60,925 nucleotides of DNA, filler included, from Asterionella formosa (GCA_002256025.1; 17 parts of 17 records of this genome joined end to end with filler, not necessarily neighbours in it), one strand, 5' to 3'. Shown: positions 47,672 through 60,809, counted from the first letter of the whole stretch. Notes: a model not told the origin generated them from the letters alone. Made by a program: numbers and translations.

Positions 47672-47994
47672 GATATACTGGGGGTAGTCGGAGTAGTACC
47701 GGTAAACTAGGAACAGAACACCATATGTTCAGGACTGTTGCTACTGCAGTGGGACAGTAAATCATCATAGTATCAGGATTGTATAATCGTATAATTGAAA
47801 ACAAGATATGCTATTACTCAAACTCGGTTCTGATTTTGTATATGATAATGTAAATAGCACCATTTGTCATGTGGTACTATCATCATATCTAGACAGCGTA
47901 AAATATTATTTGTAGTGGCTGATGATTCATTTCATTGTAACTAGCAACACCTGAATTTAAGATCATCGAACTTTAAGGAAGACAACGACAACAG
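47672..47994. repeat. Non-coding blocks shared with fragment 25179-28673: one tandem-array unit and an exact 42-bp block
   Basis: 47953-47994 (GAATTTAAGATCATCGAACTTTAAGGAAGACAACGACAACAG) is the exact reverse complement of 27502-27543. Confidence 0.92.
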
Positions 47995-48229
47995 TTATCT
48001 AGTAGTACAATGTCTTCAAGAAACCATAAAGAGGTTCATGGAAACAAGCGACATGTGGCAAATACTGCCGGTAAGGAACAAAGAAGCAAGTTCCAAAATG
48101 AGTTAACAGGCGATTATCCAACGCAACCCAATTGGCGATTGGGAGATGTTGGGGGTAATACCCCACCGTCGATGGGACACCATCAGCTACTAGAACAAAG
48201 GATCCCGTAATTGGCTGATACTGACAGCG

Positions 48230-49399
48230 ATGATGACGTTTCTACTTCATATATTGATACAAGAAAAATGGCTCCTGTCGATGATACCATTAAAAACTCC
48301 CGGATGCAGATGGATGACATGGAACCAAGACAAATTGAAACGACCCAGTAAGCGTGTCAACGGACAATTACATCGATTAAAGCATGACATTTTAACAAGG
48401 TCATATGAAACAAGGCAGTTTGCCTTGGCACGAAAAATTGTTTTTGTAAGTGATTCATTACATACAGAAAACAAACAAAAGAAGATGAGTAAAGTAAACA
48501 TCAATGTAACTGAGGGTATTTCAACAGAAATTGATTTCGAAGGAATGATTCCGAATACAATGATGTTGCCTAGTAGTAGGTCGCCTGAAAATTTGGGAAT
48601 ATCGCCTACCAAGATCCATTCACCAGCCCTTCCTGTTAAAGTTCAATTTTCTGCTTCATCATCAAATGGTCTATGGACTATAGCAGGTGTCCCTAATAAG
48701 ATTGGGCATGTATCACGGAGTAAGGATGCACCCTTGTCTCAATTGGTTCATCCTGATTTACCGAACAAGGGGGCCAACTATGTAAAGAGCATAGCGAATT
48801 CAGCAATAGAAATAGCAAGAATTAAAAGTCTTGAAGATGGGGTTGGGCCTGTTTCCATTGTAAGGATTGACTTTTATTATCATGTTAAAATTGAAAGTTA
48901 CGTTCCCGGCCAAACTACTATTTTCAGATGCCATCCGAAATGGAATAATGATTCAAAGGCAGGAATCTCTGGTCGTGAATGGTTTGACTGGGTCGAAGTG
49001 AACTCGGATAAGGGAGATGGATCAAGTTCCTTCACAGTTCCTGCAAAACTACTTCTTTGGGGAAATGTTATTTTCTCCAACACATCAACCATTTTCTTAG
49101 CCTGTATTCGTTCCTTGAAAGTTCAACTGAAATGAAAATTCATAAACGTATGTTTTTTGCAAGAGGAGACACCTTATGCAATGATACAACTGAATTGAGC
49201 GTTGTTGAATTTCATAACATGATACTTTCGGCAGCATTTGTTGTTCCTGCTTTGAAACCACAGGAATCAAGGAAATCTCTGAAACACACCGCAAGAAGTT
49301 TTGGAACAGATACGGAAAGATAATTTTTATGTTGTAATGCCTCCACGTAATTTATGGAAATCAATCAGGTTGGACCAAAAACTAACAAGCAAACGTTGA
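48230..49399 (+). mobile_element. Plavaka transposase C-terminal region, frameshifted
   Basis: IFRCHPKW...EWFDWVEV...VPAKLLLWG, then SVVEFHNMILSAAFVVP...FYVVMPPRNLW, typical of the C-terminus of Plavaka-type transposases. Confidence 0.65.
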
Positions 49400-49449
49400 T
49401 AAATATATAAGAATAATATAAATGATAATGGTAACAATATAGTTTCACA

Positions 49450-50193
49450 TACTAAATTGGTTATTATGAGGTTTTCACAAACTACAATTTCCTAAGAAAT
49501 GATTATCCAATGGTCCATTATTTCTTCTTTTTAACTCCCAAAGAACCTAAGATGGTCCTTCTCGTTTCTTGTTTCGTCCGAAATTTTGCTTCTCCACTTT
49601 TCAACTGCAGTTCGATATGAGTCTGTAAACTTTTTCAAGTAGATTCCAGAAGGGCTATCATCAGATACAAAATTTTCTTTCAACATTTTGTCAATTTTGA
49701 TGCATCCAGAAATTTGGCCAAGAGGTGCATGATTATACCATTTGAAGGGAGTAAGTTTTTCATTACTTTATTGTATCATGTATTTTACGTAGACAACTTC
49801 ATCCTTCTTGAAAGAAGAGTTGCAAGGAACTCGTCCAAATACTTCGTTCAACATTTTTAAATCTAAATAGGATGTCAAAATTTTGTCGATACAAAATTGA
49901 AGAACAGTTATTTCCAACTGAAACATATCCTCTCGAGAATTTATCGTTGTCACTTGAGGCCAAACTGTTCCAAGATGAAAGTATGTTGACTTGGTTGGTG
50001 GGTCAGATGTAATGGATAAGAAATCGTCTGTTCGATCTGTTGCTACCACCTGACGTTTTAAAACTTTCCAGGACTCAGTCTCCAAACGGAAATGTGTCCG
50101 TTTGCCAAGAAATTTGGTTTTGCCATTCCTTTCTAATTGCAATAGAGTTTCCAACACTTTCACAATTGTAAAAGTTCCACATGACCATCTACT
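49450..50193 (-). pseudogene. Unidentified stop-interrupted ORF convergent with the Plavaka fragment
   Basis: 131-aa ORF whose frame continues beyond TAA 49768 with further stops. No recognisable domain. Confidence 0.35.
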
Positions 50194-50338
50194 NNNNNNN
50201 NNNNNNNNNNNNNNNNNNNNNNNNNNNNNNNNNNNNNTTAATTAATTAANNNNNNNNNNNNNNNNNNNNNNNNNNNNNNNNNNNNNNNNNNNNTTGAGAA
50301 CACAACTGGTCTAGCTGTTTTCCGGAAGCACCAGCCAA

Positions 50339-51294
50339 ATGGGGCAAAATGCCAATCAGCTTGATGCATGTTTCACACGCGAGGTGATTCGAAGGAAGGA
50401 ATGCCAACAGTGAGCTTCTATGACAAGCCTATGGATATGGCCATAGGTGAGATTGCAGTCCCATTGGTCGGTGCTGACCAAGTTAAAAAAGCTGTCAAAG
50501 CAGCCGCACTAAATCCTATTGATGGAATTCGAGTTCATTTGAAGACAGATAAGGTTTTTCCAGTCATTTTTGGATTTGATGTCGCTGGTGTTGTGGAAGA
50601 CGTCGGCTCAGATGTTACATCACTCCAAGTTGGGGATCGTGTCTTTGGTTTCATCAAGCGGAGTGGAGTTGAACTGAACCCAAAACGAGCGGAGCCATCG
50701 CAGAATATGCTGTCGTTGATGCAGACCTTTTGGCCAAACTGCCTGAATCTGCAAGTTTTCAAGATGGCGCTGCACTTCCCACTGTTGTTTTTACGGCTTT
50801 GCAGTCAATGGGTGCCATCAAGCCGGGAGACAATGTTTTCGTGTCTGGGGGAGCTGGAGGAGTTGGTATTCATGCTCTCCAAGTTGCAAAAAGTCACTTT
50901 GGAGCCAAAGAAGTGGCCACAACGGCTTCCACTGCCAAGATCGACTTTTGAAACAAGCAATATGGTGCCGACATTGTGGTGGACTATAAAACTGAAAATG
51001 CTGGTGAAAAGTTGAAGGGCTGGGCTGACGTTGTTTTCGATACAACAAAAGAAGTGGAAATGGGAAAACTCATTCTCAAGGAGAGTGGCGGTGACCTTCG
51101 TACTATTGCTGATTTTTCGTATCCCGAATATAGCGTGTTGAGAACTTATTGAGTTAATCGCCAAACTTTTAAAGGAGGGTAAAGTGAAACCAGTCATTGA
51201 CCAAGTGTTTCCATTTGAAGAATCTTTTCAAGCGATTGAGTATCAGATGAGCGGACGAGCCAAGGGAAAGATCATTATCGACATCTCTGAATAA
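50339..51294 (+). pseudogene. MDR-superfamily NADPH:quinone oxidoreductase-like gene with several frameshifts
   Basis: [80 protein letters not shown]...GRAKGKIII, spread over different frames. Confidence 0.88.
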
Positions 51295-51949
51295 AAGATT
51301 GAAGATGAATGCAAGGACTAGCCTTGGTTGAATTTCTTGCTACATTCTTGTTGGTAGATTTTTTCTATCCTACTTTAATATTTAAAATGTCGATTTTTTC
51401 GATTCCATAGATCTAATAATTAGTTGGTCTTAATTTATACGAAAGCCAGTACTACTTTTGGCCCTATCAGAAAGCATTCTTCATTAAATGCCGCACTTTC
51501 TGTCTTCAAGGAAAAATCTTTGGTTTTCAAAATGAATTGTGTTAGCTTGCCATAGTATACCATAGTTTTATGTGTTGTATTTATTGAGTTTTGCTTTCCT
51601 TTTCGAAGTTTTCTAATATTAAATATTTGCTGTCTAACTCATCAAATACTTGTACAACTCATCATTCTCATGTACCATTGGAAAACTATCAAAATATTCT
51701 TCAAAATGGTTTCCTAGGGCCAGTGTTGAAATTCTAGTTTGGTATGAAAATTTTAATCTCACTTATATTAAACGCTGTACGGCTACTCCATTGTTATTAG
51801 TGTCGCCCAGCCATGTAGCGCGCGCTTCCTACTAGCTTTATCAGCTCTGGTGTTCATATTTACTTACAAATCCAGTAAAATACCAAAGTTGGTCACTTTG
51901 GGTGCTTAGTAATAATTTATTTATCCAAATAGCAGCATGCGAGTTGTCT

Positions 51950-52070
51950 TGTCAGTAACACCCCTGGAATCCTAGGTACTATATGAAAAAGACAGGTAGA
52001 GAATACAGGAATCAAACCCGCTTACCAATATTTAGACAACTTCAAGTTGGTAACCCTTTTCCACATGATT
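51950..52070 (-). mobile_element. tRNA-derived, SINE-like repeat, copy 2 (diverged)
   Basis: The reverse complement reads GCGGGTTTGATTCCTGTATTCTCTACCTGTC...TAGTACCTAGGATTCC, versus GCAGGTTCGATTCCTGCATTCTCTACCTGTC...TAGTCCCTAGGGTTCC in copy 1. Confidence 0.6.
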
Positions 52071-52914
52071 ATTTTTATCCTCATTTCTGGACACATGTTT
52101 GGAAAATCATGAAATGACAGCAATTTTTTCCCTTCACTCGTCTTTCTTGTTTTTCAGGATGATCTCACAAAGATATTTTTGAGTTGAGTTTTGTAATTTA
52201 CACTAGTAATCAACTGAGAAATTATTAATTGTTGGGCAATTTTTGTAGTTGCACATGCTGCAGGTATCTGTACTGACAAATGTGAAGTATCATGTGAAAA
52301 CTATTGCCTTAGCTAGCTACTGTGTGCTGTAGCCCTTTCAATGTGCAGATTCTCATCATCAAGACATTGGCAATGCTATAACTGGGCCTTGATGGGGCTG
52401 AGCACAATGACAACAAGAGAAATGCAGCTGCATGTGCTGAGCTCCATGGTGATCGGCATTTTGACAGCAAAATAAGGCGCAAAATAAGGCGCAAAATATC
52501 TAAAATTTAGGGTTATACTGGTAATTAATTTCTGACATACTAGCCGAACACAAGGCTACCCTGTGTTTTCTTGAATTTGCATCCAGCCATAACGACAAGT
52601 GCTCCAGCATGGCTGTGAATCACATATCTGGAGTCATGTAAGGCACACGCACTCTCTTTTAAAAGTGCATTCTACACGCGCGCACACATGATCATAGTGC
52701 GTATCCTCATGATAAATGAGCCGTTGAATGTGCCAGGTACCTGGTACTGTACCTCTTGGGGTATCAGGTATCCACTGGTGAGCGAGTCCCCAACAAGCTA
52801 TTGCCTCCCTGTCGGGTGCCAGTCGTTATGTATGATTAGGTACCTGGTAGCTTGGTATAACAATTACAGTATTGGACGGAGGGAGTACCACGGTGCCTGC
52901 AATACAGCATCAGC

Positions 52915-53424
52915 TGGCAGCATGACAAACAGCACGCAAAGGCACACTAACAACTCATGATTTACGGAGCCCTGTTATCATAGTATGACATTAACACAGA
53001 ATCAGAAAGCATCAATACTCAATCCTGGGGGTTTGCTGCAATGTCAATTGAATGTAGAGGAAGATCAGTGTGAGTTATCAGTAGCATTGCTCATATAGCC
53101 GTCAAAATAGCGCGGTAATCTTACCAGAACAACTTTCATTCCGGACCTCATTGTCCCTGCCTGTTATCAACAACAATGCGTGAGCTGACAAGCCATACTA
53201 GCATTTAGATACACAACAAAAACATGTTAATCTAGCTGCTGAAGAGCCAGTAGGGGGTGATTGGCTGTTGGCTGCATTGATTGCTTACTTTTTCACCATG
53301 CTAATTTTTGTGTGTGTAGATTCTCCTGCTGTGTGGCAAAACTCCTGGCGCGGCCTGGATTCTCTCATTGTACCACAACAACGTACTTTCTACCAGATAA
53401 AACACCGGCGCGGTCTTGCTAAAT
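52915..53424. repeat. Copy of dispersed repeat 11815-12312
   Basis: Long near-identical alignment by eye. Confidence 0.9.
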
Positions 53425-53427
53425 TTG

Positions 53428-53550
53428 ATGTACGGTTATGGTGGTACTATGTTTTTCCCTATTATTTTCTGTCGCAGCTCTGTAAAGGCTGCCATGTACG
53501 GTTATGGTGGTACTATGTTTATCCCTATTATTTTCTGTCGCAGCTCTGTA
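53428..53550. repeat. Two-copy tandem repeat of about 65 bp
   Basis: ATGTACGGTTATGGTGGTACTATGTTT.TCCCTATTATTTTCTGTCGCAGCTCTGTA occurs twice. Confidence 0.9.
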
Positions 53551-54178
53551 GAGAGGCTGTGAAAGTCAAAGCGCTGCCCCCCCCCGGAAAAATTTGGTAC
53601 ATCACCCATTATCGTGCATTGCAACGGCCCGCGACAGGGTGGCTGTGGTTATGGAGCAGGGGGTAGAACGCCACAACATGACGAAGTCCCAAGGATCATG
53701 AATGGGAAGAAAACTTTGCTGCATTCTGGTGGTACCATTGGACTTGGGAAACAGCGAGGAAGGTTGTATCCNNNNNNNNNNNNNNNNNNNNNNNNNNNNN
53801 NNNNNNNNNNNNNNNTTAATTAATTAANNNNNNNNNNNNNNNNNNNNNNNNNNNNNNNNNNNNNNNNNNNNAGCCCATTATCATCAGACAGGTTCCCATG
53901 GAGTACAGCCCAGTTTGGTTGTCAAATATGCATGGTCAACACAGATCAGAGTAATCCTAGGTGAACGTCAGTCCACTAAGGACTCTGACACATTTAGTCC
54001 TCTTCCTTGAACTGGTAACAATTTACAGTCTTGTCCTGAAACTGGTGGACAAGGTACTAGACTGCATACTGGTAGTCGTATACACCTGGATGGTGTTGAC
54101 AGGCAGTAGACCCAGCTTAGCAACAGTCAATAGTTGAGGAATCAACTTTATGATAGGGTGGATACTTGTATATGAATC

Positions 54179-54925
54179 TTAATTTCTACCTTTTTTCTTG
54201 CCCTTCCCTTTGCTGTTTTTCGTGACTTCCTTGGTTGCAAATTTGGACAAGACTTTCTGTGCCATTTTCAAGTTGGCAGCTCCACCCATTCCCTTCATAT
54301 TTGCCGCACCATGCTTTCCTTTGAATTTTGTGGCATGAGCCGACTTGCCCTTGGCAGGCATTTTCGTCTTGAGTTTGTCTAAAAAATGGTGTACATTCCC
54401 AGCCTCCCGTTGGTCGTGATCAACATGAATTTTTTGGGCAGGAGCATTGTCATCGCTCTCATCGTCAGACATGAGTGGTGCCATGGTAGTTGTAACAATT
54501 ACTTGCCCTCCCCACTGTTGCTGAGTTTGACTGTCCTCATATGTTGTCATCGTCGTAGCCACACCGTCTGCCGCTACATCTTCTGATACGGCGGCCTCCT
54601 TCCAGTGTGATGATGGCACTTTTTTCAATCGTTCCTGCACCATGACTTCCTTCGCACGTTCGGCTTCTTCAACCCGTTCCAGCACAGCACTCCGTGTTTC
54701 CTTTCGTTCCTCCAACTTGACTTGACGATCTTTCACCTTTTGCATGGCCAATCCAAATGCACGCCGTTGTCGCTTTCGATCACTAAAGCCGCATAGAAAT
54801 TCCTTTCTGGCGTCAGGATCAAATGTAATTTCCTTCTTGCGTTTTGTATAAAAAGACTTTTTCGTCGTTTGACTTTTAGAATTTCCCTTTTTCGTCGTTT
54901 CCTTGTTCTTGTTGGTCTTGGTCAT
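54179..54925 (-). CDS. NOL12: Nucleolar protein 12 / Rrp17 (Nop25 domain), rRNA processing
   Basis: KKEITFDPDARKEFLCGFSDRKRQRR signature, a coiled coil and Lys-rich termini. Confidence 0.85.
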   Translation of the reverse strand: MTKTNKNKETTKKGNSKSQTTKKSFYTKRKKEITFDPDARKEFLCGFSDRKRQRRAFGLAMQKVKDRQVKLEERKETRSAVLERVEEAERAKEVMVQERLKKVPSSHWKEAAVSEDVAADGVATTMTTYEDSQTQQQWGGQVIVTTTMAPLMSDDESDDNAPAQKIHVDHDQREAGNVHHFLDKLKTKMPAKGKSAHATKFKGKHGAANMKGMGGAANLKMAQKVLSKFATKEVTKNSKGKGKKKGRN

Positions 54926-55001
54926 GATGACTTGTCGCTGGCTTGGTTATTATGATTATGTGCGATTGTTGTCTTTTTCTTTCTACCGTGCTTGCTTAAT
55001 A

Positions 55002-55915
55002 NNNNNNNNNNNNNNNNNNNNNNNNNNNNNNNNNNNNNNNNNNNNNNNNNNNNNNNNNNNNNNNNNNNNNNNNNNNNNNNNNNNNNNNNNNNNNNNNNNN
55101 NNNNNNNNNNNNNNNNNNNNNNNNNNNNNNNNNNNNNNNNNNNNNNNNNNNNNNNNNNNNNNNNNNNNNNNNNNNNNNNNNNNNNNNNNNNNNNNNNNNN
55201 NNNNNNNNNNNNNNNNNNNNNNNNNNNNNNNNNNNNNNNNNNNNNNNNNNNNNNNNNNNNNNNNNNNNNNNNNNNNNNNNNNNNNNNNNNNNNNNNNNNN
55301 NNNNNNNNNNNNNNNNNNNNNNNNNNNNNNNNNNNNNNNNNNNNNNNNNNNNNNNNNNNNNNNNNNNNNNNNNNNNNNNNNNNNNNNNNNNNNNNNNNNN
55401 NNNNNNNNNNNNNNNNNNNNNNNNNNNNNNNNNNNNNNNNNNNNNNNNNNNNNNNNNNNNNNNNNNNNNNNNNNNNNNNNNNNNNNNNNNNNNNNNNNNN
55501 NNNNNNNNNNNNNNNNNNNNNNNNNNNNNNNNNNNNNNNNNNNNNNNNNNNNNNNNNNNNNNNNNNNNNNNNNNNNNNNNNNNNNNNNNNNNNNNNNNNN
55601 NNNNNNNNNNNNNNNNNNNNNNNNNNNNNNNNNNNNNNNNNNNNNNNNNNNNNNNNNNNNNNNNNNNNNNNNNNNNNNNNNNNNNNNNNNNNNNNNNNNN
55701 NNNNNNNNNNNNNNNNNNNNNNNNNNNNNNNNNNNNNNNNNNNNNNNNNNNNNNNNNNNNNNNNNNNNNNNNNNNNNNNNNNNNNNNNNNNNNNNNNNNN
55801 NNNNNNNNNNNNNNNNNNNNNNNNNNNNNNNNNNNNNNNNNNNNNNNNNNNNNNNNNNNNNNNNNNNNNNNNNNNNNNNNNNNNNNNNNNNNNNNNNNNN
55901 NNNNNNNNNNNNNNN
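55002..55915. other. Scaffold gap (914 N) inside a fragment
   Basis: N run without the TTAATTAATTAA core. Confidence 0.95.
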
Positions 55916-57270
55916 TACTGCAGTTGTGTACGCATGATGGCTCCAATATCAACGTCAAAGATTCTGACAGTCTTGTCGTCACTTGCTGAAACCACCACAG
56001 CATTCTCACTATCCACAAAGCACACGACCATATCATTAATCATATCAGTATTTCCCGTCAGAGTTGTCAACAACCTTCCATTGCGAGCATCCCACAATCG
56101 GACACACCCATCTGAATAAGACGAGAATACAAGTGGCACTGTTGGATGCCATACAATCCTAGTTATGCCTCCTGTACTATCATCATCATTTGCCGTTTTA
56201 CATTGTTGACGACAATGTCCACCACCACTTGCCAAATCCCAAATTTTCAAAACCCCATCTACACCACCTGTTGCACACCAAAGAGGGTTTGATACACAAA
56301 ATGCCACTGCTTCAACACTCATGGACAATTCCATATCCTCCTCGTCCACATTCCCCAGCGGTGCTTCAAAGTGCTTCAAGGTCGTGACAATCTTTTTCGT
56401 TCCTACATGACATACATGAGCCGCCCCATCTTCTGCGCCCACCATTACCAACTGTCCATCTGCTCCTCCTCCAATGGCCATACACAAGAGTCCGGCAGTT
56501 CCTGTCTGGAAGGTATGCTTGCACACGCCTGTTCGTGGTGCCCAAAGTTTCAATGTCCCATCCTGCGATGCACTGAGTGCCCACTTCCCATCCAGTGTAA
56601 ATGCTCCTGATGTGACACCAGAAACATGTCCACAAAAGACTTGCAAACATTTCTTCATCAGTACATGATACATCCAAATGGTTCCATCTGCCATGGAACC
56701 AGCCAATAGGACAGTTCCCCCCTTGGGATGCCATGCCAGCCATTCCACATCTGATGGTCCCTCCAGCTCTACAAATGTGTTGCCAGTGTCTGACTCGTAA
56801 ATGATAATCGAGCCATCGTATGCTCCAACGGCGGATAGTTTTGGAGAAGTGTTATCGTCTTCCGCCGTACGGTATGGATGATTGAATGCCACACACGAGA
56901 CTGAGTCAGTGTGATTGTGGGGCAAGCGCTTGGATTCTGTATCAGCAGCTGCAGACATGATGCGTCGCTTGTGAAGATAGGCCATATCGTCGCCGGCACC
57001 TGATAGAATGGACATGACTCCAGCATCCAAGCATGCCGCAACTGTGTAGACATGGTCAGTGTGAACTGTCAGTTGTACCTGGCTCATGTCGTGAATGGCT
57101 TCTGATGAGCCACCGTCACCATTGTCGCCATTTTCGTCGTCGTCGTCGTCGTCGTCCATTGGAACATTGGAATCGTCAACAAACACTTCTTCGACGTCGT
57201 TCAAGTCGTCCTCGTAGTCATCCTCATCCTCAACAAGCGAAGTATCGCTTTGTTCCTCCTCGGAGTCCAT
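55915..57270 (-). CDS. AAMP: WD40 protein Sqt1/AAMP, chaperone of ribosomal protein uL16
   Basis: Acidic N-terminus. LEGPSDVEWLAWHPKGGTVLLAGS...WMY...CLQVFCGH...GAFTLDGK, and further WD repeats. Probable stop (TAn) at the gap edge. Confidence 0.88.
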
Positions 57271-57449
57271 CCTTCGTTGTTCCGTTGGGTTGGTTGGATC
57301 AGGACAATACGGGTGGTATTCTATTCGACATTTGGATGGATGTGCTTGTNNNNNNNNNNNNNNNNNNNNNNNNNNNNNNNNNNNNNNNNNNNNTTAATTA
57401 ATTAANNNNNNNNNNNNNNNNNNNNNNNNNNNNNNNNNNNNNNNNNNNN

Positions 57450-60400
57450 CTTCGCATCGCTGAAGGCAATCATGTGATGCAACATCAAGATCAGGCGTCA
57501 ATTCGCAGGCGACAATTTCACTCCAAGCGGTTGTGGCTGGGTGCATGATATTGTGAATGCTGCCGGCCATGGGATCGTAAAGCTATGGTGAAACATAAGG
57601 ACCTACAAGCAAGTCAGAATTCTGTCGATTATTGTGGCCCTTGCCCAGGAGTACGTCCCAAAGGTGCTCATACTTGGGACAACTGCTTCCAGAACCCGAA
57701 GAGACGCCACAAGGCGGTCGGGCTTGCCATACCGGTGGTCTTAATGGGTGTACCCGTTGCTGTGGCTGGATGTTGGGTTTTGGTGGATGTTGAGAGGACT
57801 TTGGTGGTCGCAGTGGGCGTTGGTCAACAGGGAGATCCTGACACCGCTAAACATGTGCCTGTTGAATGCATGGGATAATCCCAATACTTCATCCTGTTGG
57901 GGTTATACTGTACCAAAAGCCGTTCCTACCAAGAATCATATTTTTGCCCAGGAAATTTGAATGGTCATGAAACCTCCTCCTATTGGTCCGTTCGTGACAT
58001 CTATCCATCAGCAAAAGAATGCTGATCACCGCAACATATGTACATGCGATAATAGCGATGCTATTTATGACGACATGGCAAGCATGTCTCACATCAGTCT
58101 TCACCTGTATAATATAGTTTATCTACAGGATAATTGCAGATTGGACACCGCCGTTGCTGTAATGTGGACCATATACACCAGTTGCATGTGGATATTACTG
58201 CACTGGTGGCTAAACAACTTCATGTGACGGTGGATCAACGATCACAATTACAAATGATATTGTCCAAATATCAAACGTAATTTGAAGGCAAATTAAAAAT
58301 TTGCTTTCATGAAGAAGTTAATTAGAATTGATACCCATAAATGCGCTTATCCTGTTGCTCATATTCATTTAGAGATATTCAAAACCGATTTGGCTACAAC
58401 GTTTATGTGATATTGGAGCACTGCAACGATGTGGTGCATCTAAATGGGCAGCTACTACATTCACTATTCCCAAAAGGATGGCAGTTGTTCCGTGAATTAA
58501 ATGAATCAATCAATCGGAATATTAATACTTTATCTCTAATACAAACTGCAAAAGCAACTATTCTCACCCAACTCGCTGTTTACAATGCACTCTTTACTAA
58601 ATTGTAATTTTCTATGCAATGTTATTTCTACACCATTTGGGTTGCACATATTAACGTTTACCCATGGGTGCTAGTCAACAATCTTTCGATATTTCTGAAG
58701 GATGAACCATGCAGGAAGCATTTAGAGATCTAGATGAATTGGAAATTTTATTCTGATGATTTTGGTTGTTTCCCTGTGGCATTTTCCAATCATATGAATT
58801 CGTTGAATACAATTATTGCTTAGCTCGATTACAAGCTCATGATTTATAATTAATTCTTCCAAATGTGAATGGGCTGTACAGGAAACGGATTGGTTGGAAC
58901 ATTGGTTAACTCCTACTGGTCTCAAACCTTCGTCTAAATTGGTAGAAAAAGGTGTTGGCTTCCTTAAATAATATGTCTCCCCCGACTTATGTTAAAAATT
59001 TCGCTCTTTTTTGGTGCAGTTAGTACCTATAATCGGGACATGTTTCCTCTTGGTTTACATGTTCTTATTACATTAACGGATTAGTCCAATTTATGGTTAC
59101 CTATTCATCAACATTCATTTGATGCTTTGAAAGTGTTACTGGTCGCAGATAGTCTTATGCGTTATGCTGATCACAATTTTCCTTTCCATATCTTGTTTCT
59201 TGATTCTTATGATTATCAATTAGGATTCATTATTATCATGCAAAATGTTAACCGAGCAGTTGCTTATTATTCTCGAAAACTTTCATCAGCACAAAAAATT
59301 ATACAAACATTACTGTCAATGTTGGAAACCTTTATTATTGGGAGCTATTCTTCAATCATGTTCACACTGATAATCGTGATTTGACTAACAATACCATACA
59401 CATTCAACGTGTTTTATCATGGCGCCTTTCTATCGAAGAATATAATCCTACTTTTCATTTTATGAAGGGCAGAGATAATGCTGTTGCAGATTCTATCTCG
59501 CGCCTCCCGAGGCTTTTCGCTTCTTGGTGGGGATGAAGATATGGGTCTAACATCAGCATCAGCATTTGATTCTATATCAATTGAATTAGATGATGAACCT
59601 CTTCTTACTTGTTGTTTTATCAATCATCCAGTATTAGCAGACAACATTCAATAACCATTGGATTACAACCTGATACATGATAGACTATTGCTAGATGCAC
59701 AATTAATTCTCAACCAGCAACCCCATCCATTACATTTTCTTTCTTATCAATTTCAATGATAAACATTTAGTATGCTTTGTGAAGAATCCAGAGCGAAGAT
59801 ATCTGGCTTACTGATACTCCTACTGCCCTCTTGGATCCCATTATTAGTTGTTATCATCATATGTTATCCTATGCGCGTATGACAATATTGAATGCCACTT
59901 TTGCTACAAATTTTATCATCCAACATTCAAAGCACGTGTGGAACATACAGTATATACATGAAAAGCATGTCAATGTGCAAATTACCTTGTTACTGTTTAT
60001 GATGAACTTACCAATCGAAATGCCTTGTTTCTTAAGTTGGTCAGAAGTTGAAGTGGATTTAATCGGTCTACGGAAAATAAAAGTGGCTGCACAAGCAATT
60101 GAATTTCGTGCATTAACGTATATTTTTGATAAATTCACTAATTTGGTAGAAATTTAATGTATTAATGACGAAACTGCTCAAAACCATCCGAAATATATAT
60201 GCATAGCTTTGAAAGTCGAGAGTGACTGGTTAGCCCTTTATCCACGGCGCCCAGAACATTGTATACATGACAATGGGAGTTAATTTACAGGTAATCCTTT
60301 ATGCATATGCTGCTGGTCTTGAATGGGATTAAAGATGTTACTACCAGTTTCTAGAATCCACAAGCAAGCCAATGCTATTTGAGAACATTTACATCAATCT

Positions 60401-60660
60401 GTTGTCAGCAACAGTCTTCGAGTGATGCTAAAAGGTGATCATCCAATTAATGATTTTAAGCTCAAAATATTGTGATCCTTCTTGGTTTGCTGCTACTTCA
60501 TGTGAAGTTAGAGCTACCATTCATAGTACACTTCGGATGTCACCAGGAGGAGCCTTGATTTTCCAACATGATATCATGATATTAAACATTCCTCTGATTA
60601 CAGATCTACAATTATCACATCAACTTTGTCAACAAGTGGTCATTTATGAACGCCTTCGTT
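57450..60660 (+). mobile_element. Heavily decayed Ty3/gypsy retrotransposon, same family as 43130-46612
   Basis: Starts with CTTCGCATCGCTGAAGGCAAT, identical to about 43727. [50 protein letters not shown] and CIHDNGS motifs. Confidence 0.9.
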
Positions 60661-60809
60661 GTTCTAATTTCTTAGTATGTGTTTGATATTTTGTTGGCAA
60701 TATATTGTTTACTTCACCTTATTTTTTTGGTATGTAGTGGTATCATTAGCTACATTATGCATTATGCAAGTACGTGGGTGTACAGCAGCTGGATTGAAAT
60801 GATGACATC

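Noticed and set aside
54903..57270. 782-aa, 375-aa, 346-aa and 344-aa ORFs spanning the N gap
   Set aside because: Artefacts of translating N; the WD40 gene probably stops at the gap edge.
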